From positions 80,308 to 144,307 of the IMG/VR virus record IMGVR_UViG_3300031999_001882: a stretch of DNA of 64,000 bases; one strand, written 5' to 3'. Positions 1 through 10,223 of this stretch are shown in pieces. The position numbers and the translations under genes are program-made. The stretch is from a virus. The notes below the pieces were generated by a model that saw only the letters and a program-made list of their open reading frames with translations, was not told the origin of the DNA and did no database searches. Position 1 is the stretch's first letter; every line of letters begins with the position of its first letter.

Positions 1-436
1 CGAAATAATACTGGCTCTGCAAATTTGACGGGTACAAACTGCTCTGCGACTTGAGCGCCGTGATATTGACCGTTGGCGCAGGAGCCGTGAACGTCATATT
101 GATGTCTCCAAACGGCGATACCCCAAAGGCGCTCGTATTCTCATAGGTCTGCGGCGTTGATGGGGCGCTCTCTCCCATGATGTTCACCGATGTCACCGAA
201 TAATACGGATCGGTGTCTATGATGATCGGCACGCTGGTGTCCACGAAGCCCGTAGACTGAATCAAAGACGTATTGACCCGGACAAAATCGCCGTAAGGCG
301 TGAAGTTCCGGTACACATTGAATCCGCTCACCCCGTTCAGGTTATCCCAAAGGAGCTGGACCTCGGTTTCGGGGATGTTTACCCCCGTCACCAGCAGGTT
401 GCGGACCATGATGTTGCCCGGCGGAACACACGCCAT
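1..436 (-). CDS. Partial virion protein with fibronectin type III-like N-terminal domain (runs off window)
   Basis: ATG at 436 directly follows TAG of the 437..916 ORF; reads MACVPPGNIMVRNLLV...VQLLWDNLNGVSGFNVYR...FVDT...YYSVTSVN..GES, an Fn3-like pattern. Confidence 0.55.
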   Translation of the reverse strand, partial: MACVPPGNIMVRNLLVTGVNIPETEVQLLWDNLNGVSGFNVYRNFTPYGDFVRVNTSLIQSTGFVDTSVPIIIDTDPYYSVTSVNIMGESAPSTPQTYENTSAFGVSPFGDINMTFTAPAPTVNITALKSQSSLYPSNLQSQYYF

Positions 437-916
437 CTATATACCTACCTTAACCAATTTTTCGCTCGATGCCAATTCATTCGGACTCGCCAGAGTTTCC
501 GTCGATGGAGACAAGGGAAACCCAGCCTCTTTGAACGCCGCATCCACCCATGTCGAGCACACCTTATACGACTGCGCGATCTTGAGATAGCCCAAGAGCA
601 TATTCAGGAAGCTGTAATGGTCGTTGATGTTCATGTAGCACCAATAAAGCGCCCTGATTTTGAACTTGTCATCGCACGCTGGCCGGAACACTTGATATGC
701 CCTTGTGTCATCCACCAGCATCCGAAATCGCGGGCGCGGCCAGACCATTTCTACCACCAGATCAGGCTCCGTCGAGATCATGGCGGCGTGCGTGTAAATC
801 GGCGATTTCACCGATCCCAGCTCGCCGAACAGCTTTTGAAGCACCGCGAAAAAGTGGTGCTTCCATAACCCGTCATCCGGGTAAAGCAGGATGTCGCCCG
901 GTTTCAGCTCCATCAT
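437..916 (-). CDS. Permuted papain-like amidase (YaeF/YiiX-type NlpC/P60)
   Basis: GDILL near N-terminus, YTHAAM His, downstream CSTWV..AF..AG Cys and SPNEL tail; His-before-Cys order is the permuted form. Confidence 0.75.
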   Translation of the reverse strand: MMELKPGDILLYPDDGLWKHHFFAVLQKLFGELGSVKSPIYTHAAMISTEPDLVVEMVWPRPRFRMLVDDTRAYQVFRPACDDKFKIRALYWCYMNINDHYSFLNMLLGYLKIAQSYKVCSTWVDAAFKEAGFPLSPSTETLASPNELASSEKLVKVGI

Positions 917-1542
917 TGAAAGAACTCCACCATGACGTTATGCGTTCGCACAGCCGTCTCGCTGACTCCATCCGGGCAAGAGATCGACAACCTGAGCTTG
1001 TAATAGTTCGGGAATGCCATCGACTCATCGCTCAAAAACGGGATCATCATGCCGGATGAAATCGGAACAGCGTCGATCATCTTTGGCATGAGAACAGAAT
1101 CATTGGTCGCCAACAAAACATCGGCTGACAGCATATCGTCAATGTCGGCATCGTTGGTGTAGAGATGCCCGCCACGGAAATAAACTGTCGTCGGAAACTG
1201 AACATCTACAAACGTAAATGTCGCACCCGGCGGCATGGTCATCTGGTAACCCTTCCACTTGTTGTAGGTATTCAAGGGTTGAGGAGACATGGAGAAGCGC
1301 TCTGGCCTGCTCACTCCGGCCTTCACTTCCAATGGCGCGTTGGCTTTGGCTTTATAGTTCGTCTCAAAATCCGTCTGATCGGAGCCGCTATCCTTGAGAA
1401 GAACCGTATGCCACAAAAAGGTCCGAGCCTCTGGCGCATAAATCTGGTAACGGTCGCCCAGATCGCTATACTGGATCAAGAGCGCTTTGCTTGTGACAAG
1501 GCTCTTGAAATCAGCCCAAGTCGCTATATCCATCATGTTCAT
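913..1542 (-). CDS. Putative virion protein; N-terminal ~65 aa paralogous to 1539..2567
   Basis: Shared IYAPEAxTFLWH...TDFETNYK motif; coupled overlap with neighbours. Confidence 0.6.
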   Translation of the reverse strand: MNMMDIATWADFKSLVTSKALLIQYSDLGDRYQIYAPEARTFLWHTVLLKDSGSDQTDFETNYKAKANAPLEVKAGVSRPERFSMSPQPLNTYNKWKGYQMTMPPGATFTFVDVQFPTTVYFRGGHLYTNDADIDDMLSADVLLATNDSVLMPKMIDAVPISSGMMIPFLSDESMAFPNYYKLRLSISCPDGVSETAVRTHNVMVEFFQ

Positions 1543-2567
1543 AGCGTCACCTCCCGCCCATTCATTCCGGCTTCAAAATCACCAGCCGACGCTTGTTTGT
1601 TGGTGACGCTTACGACGATACGATGCCCTGCCGGAACAGAAACAGGAACCGGAAATATGTGATTGTATGGCGAGTTTGCGGCGCTGAAAAAATGGTCAAT
1701 TTCAGAACTGTCGCCAAGAGTTAGAGTTCGTAGCGCGTCAAAATGAAATTCTCGGTTAGCCGTTTTAGACACAAAAATGTCAATCTTGGAAACCGCCGTT
1801 TTGTCGAATGTCGTGATCTCGGAAAGATCAAAATGAAAATCTGTCCAAGCCAACCCCAAAGCTTGTTGAGAAAACGCATAAGTAGTCGCCGCTTGCGTGA
1901 CGCGAATCCAAATTTTTGGTCCGTTAGTGAGAGAGCTTGCCTTGGCCCACAAAACAATCTCTGCTTCCGATGCCCAATTCTGCGTCGGGCTGACTGTCTT
2001 AGTAAGAATGGCTGTTGCTCCACTCCCTCCGGTAGCGTTGATCTTGAGAGAGCCTGTGCCTTCTTTCTTGTCAACCGTGTCAACAGTCAGAGTTCCCGGC
2101 CCGGAGGAAATAGCCCATCCCGTCGCCGAGTCCATTGAATCCCGCATTGTCTCAGTTTGAGTCCCGAAAAGCTCAATCAGCTCGTAATATCCGCTATTGG
2201 TCCCAGACGCATCCCAAGCTGAAATCTCCCATCGCTTTCCGGCTGGAACTTCGAGATCAATCACTCTGGCTGTTTTGTTGGCCGCGATATTCACCAAGGC
2301 AATCGGAATGTTGTCGCCCAAATCCTTAAAATTCTGGACCCTCGGAATCAGGGCTGAGTTGGCCGTTGGTTTATAGTTCGTCTCAAAATCGGTTACATCA
2401 GGCCCGGCATCTCTGAGCAAAGTAATGTGCCACAAAAACGTCGCCGCTTCTGGGGCATAGATGTCATACCGATCCGGCATCTCTGTATATTGAACGGTCA
2501 AGACCTTAGAGTTGATGAGATTTGTCAACCCACCCCACGTCGATAATTCCATGTTTTGCATAGTCAA
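1539..2567 (-). CDS. Putative virion protein with carbohydrate-binding-like jelly-roll domain
   Basis: DSATGW...KKEGTGSLKI...WAK...WTDFHFDL...FHFDALR pattern typical of CBM-like domains. Confidence 0.55.
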   Translation of the reverse strand: MTMQNMELSTWGGLTNLINSKVLTVQYTEMPDRYDIYAPEAATFLWHITLLRDAGPDVTDFETNYKPTANSALIPRVQNFKDLGDNIPIALVNIAANKTARVIDLEVPAGKRWEISAWDASGTNSGYYELIELFGTQTETMRDSMDSATGWAISSGPGTLTVDTVDKKEGTGSLKINATGGSGATAILTKTVSPTQNWASEAEIVLWAKASSLTNGPKIWIRVTQAATTYAFSQQALGLAWTDFHFDLSEITTFDKTAVSKIDIFVSKTANREFHFDALRTLTLGDSSEIDHFFSAANSPYNHIFPVPVSVPAGHRIVVSVTNKQASAGDFEAGMNGREVTL

Positions 2568-2573
2568 TATCCC

Positions 2574-5138
2574 TTACGGAGTAGTCTCAGCATATTCAAT
2601 GCTCGTCGCCAAGATTCTATTGTTGGCATCGCCGACTCCGGTAATCAACAAATTAGTGTTGGGGGCCAACACGATCCCATAACCTACATCAACAAGCATG
2701 GAATTAGCGTCTTTTCCGGTTGATAAAGTTTTGATTTTAGTTCCAAACGCAGTAGTCGTCGGAAGCGTGTAAAACTTCATTACGCTGGTTGCTGGCGATG
2801 TTTTGATATACCCAGAGACAGGCGCGACAGACGTTCCGTTGGCGGTGATCGTCGGACTGATATAAAAACGTGGCTCAATGCTCCCGCCCTTAGTCACACA
2901 ATCCATATAGATTCTGCGAATCCACATCGTTCCTCCCGATGCGTTTGGATTATTGATGAGCATGAGAGAGGTTTCGGCGGTGGTAGCGGAGTTCTGCTCC
3001 AAGGCCACATGAAAAAATTGTCCTGTAAAAGTGAACTCTGCCTCCGCAGGAATAGACGCGACATACATGGCATTTTCGCCAACCACATTGCTATCGACGG
3101 AAACATTATGAAATGTCAGGCCATCCAAACCGCCAATTTGCAGGGCGCGGGTTGGTATGGTTATCGTCGAACCATCCTGCCCGGTATAGGAACTGAGCTG
3201 GGCGATCTCTTGGGCTACGGCGGTATTCAGATTCGATAGCTGAGTGACTTCCTGCGATCCGTAAAGCTCAATGGTTGTGAGCTGGGTGATTTCAGTCGAA
3301 AGTTGGGAGTTTACCGTCGTAAGTTGCGTCACCTCAAGAGCAACGGCGGCGTTTAAGTTCGATAACTGAGTTACCGCCTGCGATCCATAAAGCTCGATGG
3401 TCGTCATCTGCGTCGTCTGAGCAGAGAGCTGAGCATTGACCGTCGTAAGTTGAGTGACTTCCAGAGCCACGGCAGAGTTCAGGTTTGAAAGCTGAGTAAT
3501 TTCCTGCGAAAGCTGGGACAAATTATTGTTGATGAGCGTCGTCAGCTCTGCCGCTAATTGCGCCGCCGTCGTGTTCAAATTAGTGAGCTGGGTTATCTGT
3601 TGGCTTTCATAAAGCTCAATCGTGGTCATCTGCGTGGTTTGCGCCGAAAGATTGGCGTTGACCGTCGTAAGCTGTGTTACTTCCAAAGCGACCGCCGCAT
3701 TGAGATTCGATAGCTGAGTGACTTCTTGCGCCAATACCGTAATTTGCGCGGTCTGGTTTGCGGCGGTTGATACGGCTGAGTTCAGCGAAGAAAGCTGGGC
3801 CGCTTCCTGCGCCAGAGTCACATTCACGGTGGAGAGTTGAGTCACTTCCAGAGCTACAGCCAGATTCAAATTACTGAGCTGGATAACTTCTTGAACGGAT
3901 AAATAGGTATCCGCATCCGTGGAAGTATTGGTAATGATCTGGCTGAGTTGACCGACCTCCTGCGATCCATAAAGTTCCAGCGTCGAGAGTTGAGTAATTT
4001 CCTGAGAATGATATGGACGGTAATCTACTCCGGTGATGGCTGTGTTTGTGATGATGCTCGATAACTGAGCGACCTCTTGAGTTAAAAGAGCGACCGTTGA
4101 TGTCGAAACGGTGCGGACCTCTCCGCCCGTGAACGTAAATTGGCTGAGTTGTGTAATTTCCTGAGCCAAGGACACCAAAACGTCCGTCAACTCAGTCACT
4201 TGCTGGGAAGCCAGCGTAATCTGGGCATTTTGTCCAGCAGATGTCGCTCCGGTCGATGAAGTCACATTCAAATTTCCGCCAGAGAATGTGAACTGACTCA
4301 GTTGCGTGACTTCTTGCACCTCATAAAGCTGTAGCGTCGAAAGCTGAGTAATTTCCGCGCTCAACTGATTGCTGACGATGGTGAGCTGATTCACCGTCTG
4401 GTTGATGACCACTCCTGACAAGGTGTTGGTAATGATTTGGCTAAGCTGGGCAACTTCTTGGCCTAAAATTACCGTCTGCGCGTCCTGCTTGACCTGCACA
4501 TTGGTGAGCTGGCTCACTTCTTGCCCCAAAAGCAGAAACACATTGGTGAACCCGGTCGCGGCTGAGATCATTATGTTTGTCATCCCGGTCGCGTTCGAGG
4601 CAAGCAAGTCTCTGGTCAAATCTTCGAGCTGGTCCGTGTTGACGTTCACATCGCCAATGGTGATCGACAGCCCTTGAAGCTCAGCGATGATCGCCGAGAG
4701 CTGACCGACTTCAAAACTGACATTGGGCGACACCAGATCGGTGTTGATGATGACGGTCGAAAGCTGATCCACCATCTGAGTCAATGCCGGGGAGGTGACC
4801 ACGGCAGTATTGGTCAGCGAAGCAATGAAATAGGTAATCCGAACATTGTTGGCCGGAGACGACGGGATAGCCTGTGTCGTCGTAATCACATACCCAGCGA
4901 CCGTAAAGGCTGAAAAAGTGGTCCAATTTGTTCCATCTGCCGTAATTTCGACAAAAACATTGGATGAGACAGGCAGATGAGCCAGCGTAAATTGCTGACC
5001 GATAGCGTTGTTACCCGTGAACTTCTCCTGAACGGAAAAGAACGCTCCAATAACTTGAAGCGAATCTTCGCGGACGCGAGCCGCCTGTTTCGTTAAAGGA
5101 TCGCGGATGAAAAGGTCTGACGATTGACCGCTAAACAT
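2574..5138 (-). CDS. Fibre-like protein with QEVTQLS repeats (854 aa)
   Basis: About 30 (Q/L)E(V/I)(T/A)QL(S/T) units, many at 14-aa spacing, between beta-rich terminal domains. Confidence 0.6.
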   Translation of the reverse strand: MFSGQSSDLFIRDPLTKQAARVREDSLQVIGAFFSVQEKFTGNNAIGQQFTLAHLPVSSNVFVEITADGTNWTTFSAFTVAGYVITTTQAIPSSPANNVRITYFIASLTNTAVVTSPALTQMVDQLSTVIINTDLVSPNVSFEVGQLSAIIAELQGLSITIGDVNVNTDQLEDLTRDLLASNATGMTNIMISAATGFTNVFLLLGQEVSQLTNVQVKQDAQTVILGQEVAQLSQIITNTLSGVVINQTVNQLTIVSNQLSAEITQLSTLQLYEVQEVTQLSQFTFSGGNLNVTSSTGATSAGQNAQITLASQQVTELTDVLVSLAQEITQLSQFTFTGGEVRTVSTSTVALLTQEVAQLSSIITNTAITGVDYRPYHSQEITQLSTLELYGSQEVGQLSQIITNTSTDADTYLSVQEVIQLSNLNLAVALEVTQLSTVNVTLAQEAAQLSSLNSAVSTAANQTAQITVLAQEVTQLSNLNAAVALEVTQLTTVNANLSAQTTQMTTIELYESQQITQLTNLNTTAAQLAAELTTLINNNLSQLSQEITQLSNLNSAVALEVTQLTTVNAQLSAQTTQMTTIELYGSQAVTQLSNLNAAVALEVTQLTTVNSQLSTEITQLTTIELYGSQEVTQLSNLNTAVAQEIAQLSSYTGQDGSTITIPTRALQIGGLDGLTFHNVSVDSNVVGENAMYVASIPAEAEFTFTGQFFHVALEQNSATTAETSLMLINNPNASGGTMWIRRIYMDCVTKGGSIEPRFYISPTITANGTSVAPVSGYIKTSPATSVMKFYTLPTTTAFGTKIKTLSTGKDANSMLVDVGYGIVLAPNTNLLITGVGDANNRILATSIEYAETTP

Positions 5139-6580
5139 TAAAATCCCCCATTGGCGTAAATTTGGAGATTGGCCGCAACGCCATTGGTCGAAACGTATAT
5201 CCGATGAGCGTTCTGATTGCTAAACCCAAACGTCCCATTGGTAAGGCTCATCACCGAATTTGCGACAGACTCAAATCTCACGTTTATGTTTGCATCGGAT
5301 GTCAGATAAACGTCCTCCATCCGAAGCCCGCCAAAATCATAGAGCACGTCAGAAAGTCCGGTCGCCTGCGTACCCTCAAAAACATAGTATTGGCCGTGCG
5401 GCGGAGTCTGCGTAATCGACAACCCTTCCACCGCCGTCAGCACGCTGAGTTGGGTGACCTCTTGATTGAGCGTAGCCGAATTGATATTGACGCACAACCC
5501 TGCAATTTCTTGGAGGATACTGAGCTGGGTCACCTCTTGAGCCAATGAGCCGGAATTGATATTGACGCACAGCCCGGCCAGCTCTTGAAAGATGCTGAGC
5601 TGGGTTTCTTCTGTCGCCAGCCGCGCCTGCAAATCGGAGAGCTGAGCTACTTCCTGAGCCATCAAAAACTCGGTGTCTGTGAATCCGCCCGCAATGGTGG
5701 CCGTCTGAATCCGGGTCAATTCCTCAAGCTGATCCGTGTTGACATCCACCTTGCCGATTGAGACGGATAGATTAGACAGCTCGTAAAGAACGCTGAGCTG
5801 GGTCACTTCCTGCGCCAGCGCATTCGAGTTGATGTTGACGCACAGCCCTTGAAGTTCTTGCAGGATGCTGAGCTGAGTAATCTCGGTGGCCGCCCGGAGT
5901 TGCAGGTCGGACAGTTGCGTGATTTGCTGGCTGATTAAGGATTCCAGCGTCGAAAGCTGGACCACTTCTTGAGCCACCAGCGTCACGATATTGGTCATGC
6001 CCTCCAACAGCTCAATCTTGAGATCGGTCAGCCCATCCTGAATGGAGATGGTCGAGGACTGGATCGCGGCAAGCATCAGCGTCATGCCATCGGCCATCGT
6101 CGCCGTGTTCAGGCGCATCAGCAATTCCAGCTCATCGGTGTTCACGTTGATGTCGCCAATCGTGATCGACAGGCCGTTCAGGGCATTGATGATGTTGGTC
6201 ATGCCCTCGCTGTTGGAGATGATGAGATTCTGGATCAGGCCAATCTCGGTGAGCTGGCTGGCTTCGCTCGCCAAGGTCGGGCTGGTGATGCTCATGCTCC
6301 ATGTGCCGTCCGGGTTCGGCGTAGCTTGGATGTCGTGCTTGGCCCCGCCATAATCCACACCCTGCACAACTACCTTCCCAATGGTGATGGGCGGAACAGA
6401 AATTTCAGTATTGGCCGCAAGCGCATACTGGTTCGTTGTTCCATCGACGAGCGACACCGAAATAGGAACAATAACGCCATCATCGCGCTGTCCGGCAAGT
6501 ACGGCAACCCATTCTGAATCAGCACTTCGCGGGAAGTGCTTTTTATTCAGATTAGGATTCCATGTGGGAAATATCTCCAT
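5138..6580 (-). CDS. Paralogous QEVTQLS-repeat fibre-like protein (480 aa)
   Basis: Same repeat plus LSITIGDxNVNTDxLE block shared with 2574..5138; three GLCVNINS repeats. Confidence 0.6.
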   Translation of the reverse strand: MEIFPTWNPNLNKKHFPRSADSEWVAVLAGQRDDGVIVPISVSLVDGTTNQYALAANTEISVPPITIGKVVVQGVDYGGAKHDIQATPNPDGTWSMSITSPTLASEASQLTEIGLIQNLIISNSEGMTNIINALNGLSITIGDINVNTDELELLMRLNTATMADGMTLMLAAIQSSTISIQDGLTDLKIELLEGMTNIVTLVAQEVVQLSTLESLISQQITQLSDLQLRAATEITQLSILQELQGLCVNINSNALAQEVTQLSVLYELSNLSVSIGKVDVNTDQLEELTRIQTATIAGGFTDTEFLMAQEVAQLSDLQARLATEETQLSIFQELAGLCVNINSGSLAQEVTQLSILQEIAGLCVNINSATLNQEVTQLSVLTAVEGLSITQTPPHGQYYVFEGTQATGLSDVLYDFGGLRMEDVYLTSDANINVRFESVANSVMSLTNGTFGFSNQNAHRIYVSTNGVAANLQIYANGGF

Positions 6581-9037
6581 TTACGCCAGAACCCCCACTA
6601 CCTGTTTATTTTTTTCCGCATCCTTGAGCCTCTGAAACATCGTCTCAATCGCCCGGAGATTGTCGTCGATCTTCTTGACGTGATCCGGGTGACTGTTCGG
6701 ACTGATATTGGCCTTGGCCTTTTCAAAAGCGTCCTTGGCTCCCTGATATTCCTTCTTGTTGAACAGGATCACGCCGATGTCATTCCACGCGCCCCAGAGC
6801 TTCGGGTCCAGCTCAGTCGTCTTGTTGTAAAGCTCCAAAGCCTCCTCATACTTCTTGTTGTGGTAGAGGTGGATCGCCCGGACAAAGAACGGGCGCGGGT
6901 CTTTGGGTGTCAGCTCACATTGTTTCTCAGCCAGCTTGTAATACCAGTCGTGCTTTTCCGCCAGCGCGTGCTTTTCCTTGAGATACCCGAAGTGGTAGAG
7001 CGGCACAGGAGTTCGCACGATATTGACTTTGCGAGTCTTGCCCAGCTCAACCAAACTGTCGTCGATGTCCTCATGGATGAGCCGGGTATAGAACACGCGC
7101 TCATCGTTGATGAACATTCGCAGGGTTTCCGACAACACCCACTTGGCATCCCAGCCCTTCTCATAGGGGTTTTCCTGATAGTTGCGTATGGGAAACAAGT
7201 ACGCATCCACAGCTTCGACCTGCGCCAGCTTCCAGACGTTCATAAGCTGATCGCGGGGAACCATCTCGTCAGCATCCAATCTGAGAATCCACGGCTTTGT
7301 GCAGGCTCGAATGGCCTTATTGCGCGGCTCCGCAAACCCTTGGGTCGGGATGTCCCAAGGAAATTCCACCACCTTGGCTCCCAAGCTCTTGGCGATTTCC
7401 ACGGTCTTGTCCGTGCTTCCGGTGTCGCAGACCACGACTTCATCCACGATAGGGAACGCCGATTTGATGGCGCGGGCGATATTGGCTTCCTCGTTCTTCG
7501 CCATGATGCAGAGCGAGACTTGGTTATACCGGGGAAGCTTGGCTCGCCATTCCGAGAACTTTTTGACTTCTTCATCGAACTTCTTGTCAGCTTCCAGCGC
7601 GGCCTTGGTCTTTTGCTCCGGCGTTAAACTCTCCTCTTTCTCCACATGATCCGGGGTAAAAAAGGTATCCGCCCAGAGCTTGTAGCCCGCGCAGGTCGCC
7701 CGCACGCAGAAATCCCGGTCCTCGCCGCGCATATCGCGGGGAAGATTCGGAACCCGTGCATAGCTCACACCCTTTTTGACGATCTCCTTAGAGATATAGG
7801 TGCACGCGCCAAGTCCGCCCACCGGGTACATACCGGGCCGCCGGAGCATGGTCAGGAACTCCGCGCTGATCTCGTAGCCGCCCCTAATCCAGACGTTCGG
7901 AAGCGGCTGAGCCGTGGTATGGCCCCAGAGCGCCCAGAACACCTCAGAGACAATCGGACGCTCCAAACCGACCATATGCTTCAAAATGCGGGGGTGGCGG
8001 ATGATGATGTCCGAGTCCACCATGAATACGCCTTCGGCATCGAACTGCTGAAACATGGACCCTAGCACCCGATTCCGCATGAAGGCCATATTCGCAAGCT
8101 TCTGGTCCTCCCAATGGTGCTCTTTGTTATCCATATTGCCGAAACTCAGCGTCTCAATTTCGATCCGCTTATAAGCCTTGTCATTGCGGGCCGACCATTC
8201 CTTGATCTTATCGAGCGTCGCATCGGTTGAATCGTTGACGATAAAATAGAAGGAAAGCTTCTCCTTGGGATAATCCAAGCTGTCCATTCCAGCCAGCCAG
8301 CGATCAATGACCCATGCCCGGTCACGCACCAGAGTCGCCACCACGACGTTCGGCCATTCGATCTGATCCTTAAAATCCTTCAAGGTCGCGGGCATGAAAA
8401 TCGAATGCGCGTGCTCCAAGTTGATGCCCGTCGCCCGTTGGAGGTAAAATTCATATTTGCGCTCTTTGTCGTCCTGCCGCGCCCATCCCCAATGATTCAG
8501 GAACAGGTCAGACCGCGCCGTGCCGTTATTGTTCTTGCCGACAAAGGCAGGCACACATCCGCAATGGATATTGCCCACATAACCGAAGGATTCATTCTTG
8601 AACCGAAACAAGCGCGTGATAAGCGGACTCCAATAGCCGTCTACCCGGTACTGAGTCTCGCTCCACATATCCAAAAGCCGCACGCAGTACCAGTCAAACT
8701 TGCCCGCCATGAGCGCCGGAAGCTCCTTGATGAAGGAGTCCGAGAACGTCTCGTCGGCATCCTGCGAAATGATCCAGTCGCCTTCCTTAGCGATCTTGCG
8801 CGTCATCTCCCATTGGAGGTTGCGAAGCTGGGACTCATCCACCCCGAACATCGGTTTATCGAAAGGCGACTTGTGAAATTCCACCTTGGGATACGACCGA
8901 CAAATCTCCTCGGTTTTATCGTCGCTCAGATCATCCAGCACCATGATCTTGTCGGCGAACTTCGAGGCGTTATCCAGCATCCGGGTCAGGTAGCGATCCG
9001 CTTCGTTTCTAACCATGAGTTGACAAATTACCGACAT
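6581..9037 (-). CDS. Multidomain glycosyltransferase: three GT-A domains plus C-terminal TPR
   Basis: GT2-like VRNE...DDLSDD...DADE; middle domain VNDSTD...VDSD...GEDRDFC; third domain CIMAKNEE...DTGSTD...LDADE...HE...HFGY; TPR-like helices at end. Confidence 0.88.
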   Translation of the reverse strand: MSVICQLMVRNEADRYLTRMLDNASKFADKIMVLDDLSDDKTEEICRSYPKVEFHKSPFDKPMFGVDESQLRNLQWEMTRKIAKEGDWIISQDADETFSDSFIKELPALMAGKFDWYCVRLLDMWSETQYRVDGYWSPLITRLFRFKNESFGYVGNIHCGCVPAFVGKNNNGTARSDLFLNHWGWARQDDKERKYEFYLQRATGINLEHAHSIFMPATLKDFKDQIEWPNVVVATLVRDRAWVIDRWLAGMDSLDYPKEKLSFYFIVNDSTDATLDKIKEWSARNDKAYKRIEIETLSFGNMDNKEHHWEDQKLANMAFMRNRVLGSMFQQFDAEGVFMVDSDIIIRHPRILKHMVGLERPIVSEVFWALWGHTTAQPLPNVWIRGGYEISAEFLTMLRRPGMYPVGGLGACTYISKEIVKKGVSYARVPNLPRDMRGEDRDFCVRATCAGYKLWADTFFTPDHVEKEESLTPEQKTKAALEADKKFDEEVKKFSEWRAKLPRYNQVSLCIMAKNEEANIARAIKSAFPIVDEVVVCDTGSTDKTVEIAKSLGAKVVEFPWDIPTQGFAEPRNKAIRACTKPWILRLDADEMVPRDQLMNVWKLAQVEAVDAYLFPIRNYQENPYEKGWDAKWVLSETLRMFINDERVFYTRLIHEDIDDSLVELGKTRKVNIVRTPVPLYHFGYLKEKHALAEKHDWYYKLAEKQCELTPKDPRPFFVRAIHLYHNKKYEEALELYNKTTELDPKLWGAWNDIGVILFNKKEYQGAKDAFEKAKANISPNSHPDHVKKIDDNLRAIETMFQRLKDAEKNKQVVGVLA

Positions 9038-9576
9038 ACAGCCTCCCTTTCAGTTTTCTGATATTCAGCTTCGGTTTTTTGATGGCACGACTTACAAAGA
9101 GTTTTTAAGTTGTTAAGGTCATTGTTGTGCGAAATCCTCCACGGAACAATATGGTGAACATCTAAAATCGGATGATGGTTGCTGGCGTTTCTTTGGCACT
9201 TATAGCCATCTCTTTCAAGGCACATTGCCTTTTGATCGTCCCAATCTTCTCCACGATAAAAACTTATTCCGCCAAGCCATCGGCCATTGCCGCTACCACT
9301 TATTTTTTTGGAATGCTCTGGTCTAAATTCTCCTCGCGCCGCAGTAGCCATCGGGCGAATGCGATCCAGCCATTGAGACGACCATTTCCTATGCGCCTTT
9401 GTATGGTTGCATGGCTTACCCGTCTTGGCGACGCTGATTTTGTCGCCCCAAGTAACGGGTCTTTGCTTCGCCAAAATACTCACCTTTTTGCGCCACGAAA
9501 GGTCATGTGAATTTATATTGTTGCGATGCCATCTCTTGAATTCCGGCGATGACTTTGGCATACATTGTGGCCTCAT
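9028..9576 (-). CDS. HNH homing endonuclease
   Basis: LERDGYKCQ...VHHIVPW....NDLNNLKTLCKSCH. Confidence 0.85.
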   Translation of the reverse strand: MRPQCMPKSSPEFKRWHRNNINSHDLSWRKKVSILAKQRPVTWGDKISVAKTGKPCNHTKAHRKWSSQWLDRIRPMATAARGEFRPEHSKKISGSGNGRWLGGISFYRGEDWDDQKAMCLERDGYKCQRNASNHHPILDVHHIVPWRISHNNDLNNLKTLCKSCHQKTEAEYQKTEREAVCR

Positions 9577-10223
9577 GGCTTGTCCTTTTCAGTTTCTTTT
9601 TCGAGGACCATGCCATAAACCGCAAGCTGGTCCACATGACAATCAATGTCAAATTCACGGCTCCGTAGGATGTCTGGTGGGATGACAGGAGCGACCCCCC
9701 AATTCCCCGCGAACTTCAAGAACTTCTCCATCGGGAAATCGTAAGGACTCGGCTCAATGCTCACATCCACCGTCAGATAAAATTTCCCTCCCGGTTTAAG
9801 AACCCTCATGCACTCGTTCACGCTTTCCAACGGATCATCGCCGACGTGCTCCAAAACGCTGATACAGTAAACTGCGTCGAAGGAAGCGTCTGGGAAAGGC
9901 ATCTTGCGAATGTCGGCCACCACCGCCGTCAAATTCGCAAACTCCTTTTCATGCGATGTCACCGCCGGGTCGATATCCACGTTGAACACTTTTTTGACCT
10001 TCTTGCAGAGATACTTCTGCAAGCAAGAATGACCCGCGCCAGCGTCCAACACAACCATGTCGTCCTTGAGTTCTCCGCTTTGCAAGAGCACCCACGGATA
10101 TTCCCATTGACGACTCCACGCCAGACGACCCTTGTTCAAGGTTTCCAAGTCCCTTTTCAGGTTCTTGAATTCCGGCTTGTCGAGGTCTGTTTTCAGACCG
10201 TATGTGTAGGCCACTAATTTCAT
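9573..10223 (-). CDS. Class I SAM-dependent methyltransferase
   Basis: VLDAGAG motif I, ADIRKMPFPDASFDAV, SVLEH, RVLKPGG. Confidence 0.9.
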   Translation of the reverse strand: MKLVAYTYGLKTDLDKPEFKNLKRDLETLNKGRLAWSRQWEYPWVLLQSGELKDDMVVLDAGAGHSCLQKYLCKKVKKVFNVDIDPAVTSHEKEFANLTAVVADIRKMPFPDASFDAVYCISVLEHVGDDPLESVNECMRVLKPGGKFYLTVDVSIEPSPYDFPMEKFLKFAGNWGVAPVIPPDILRSREFDIDCHVDQLAVYGMVLEKETEKDKP

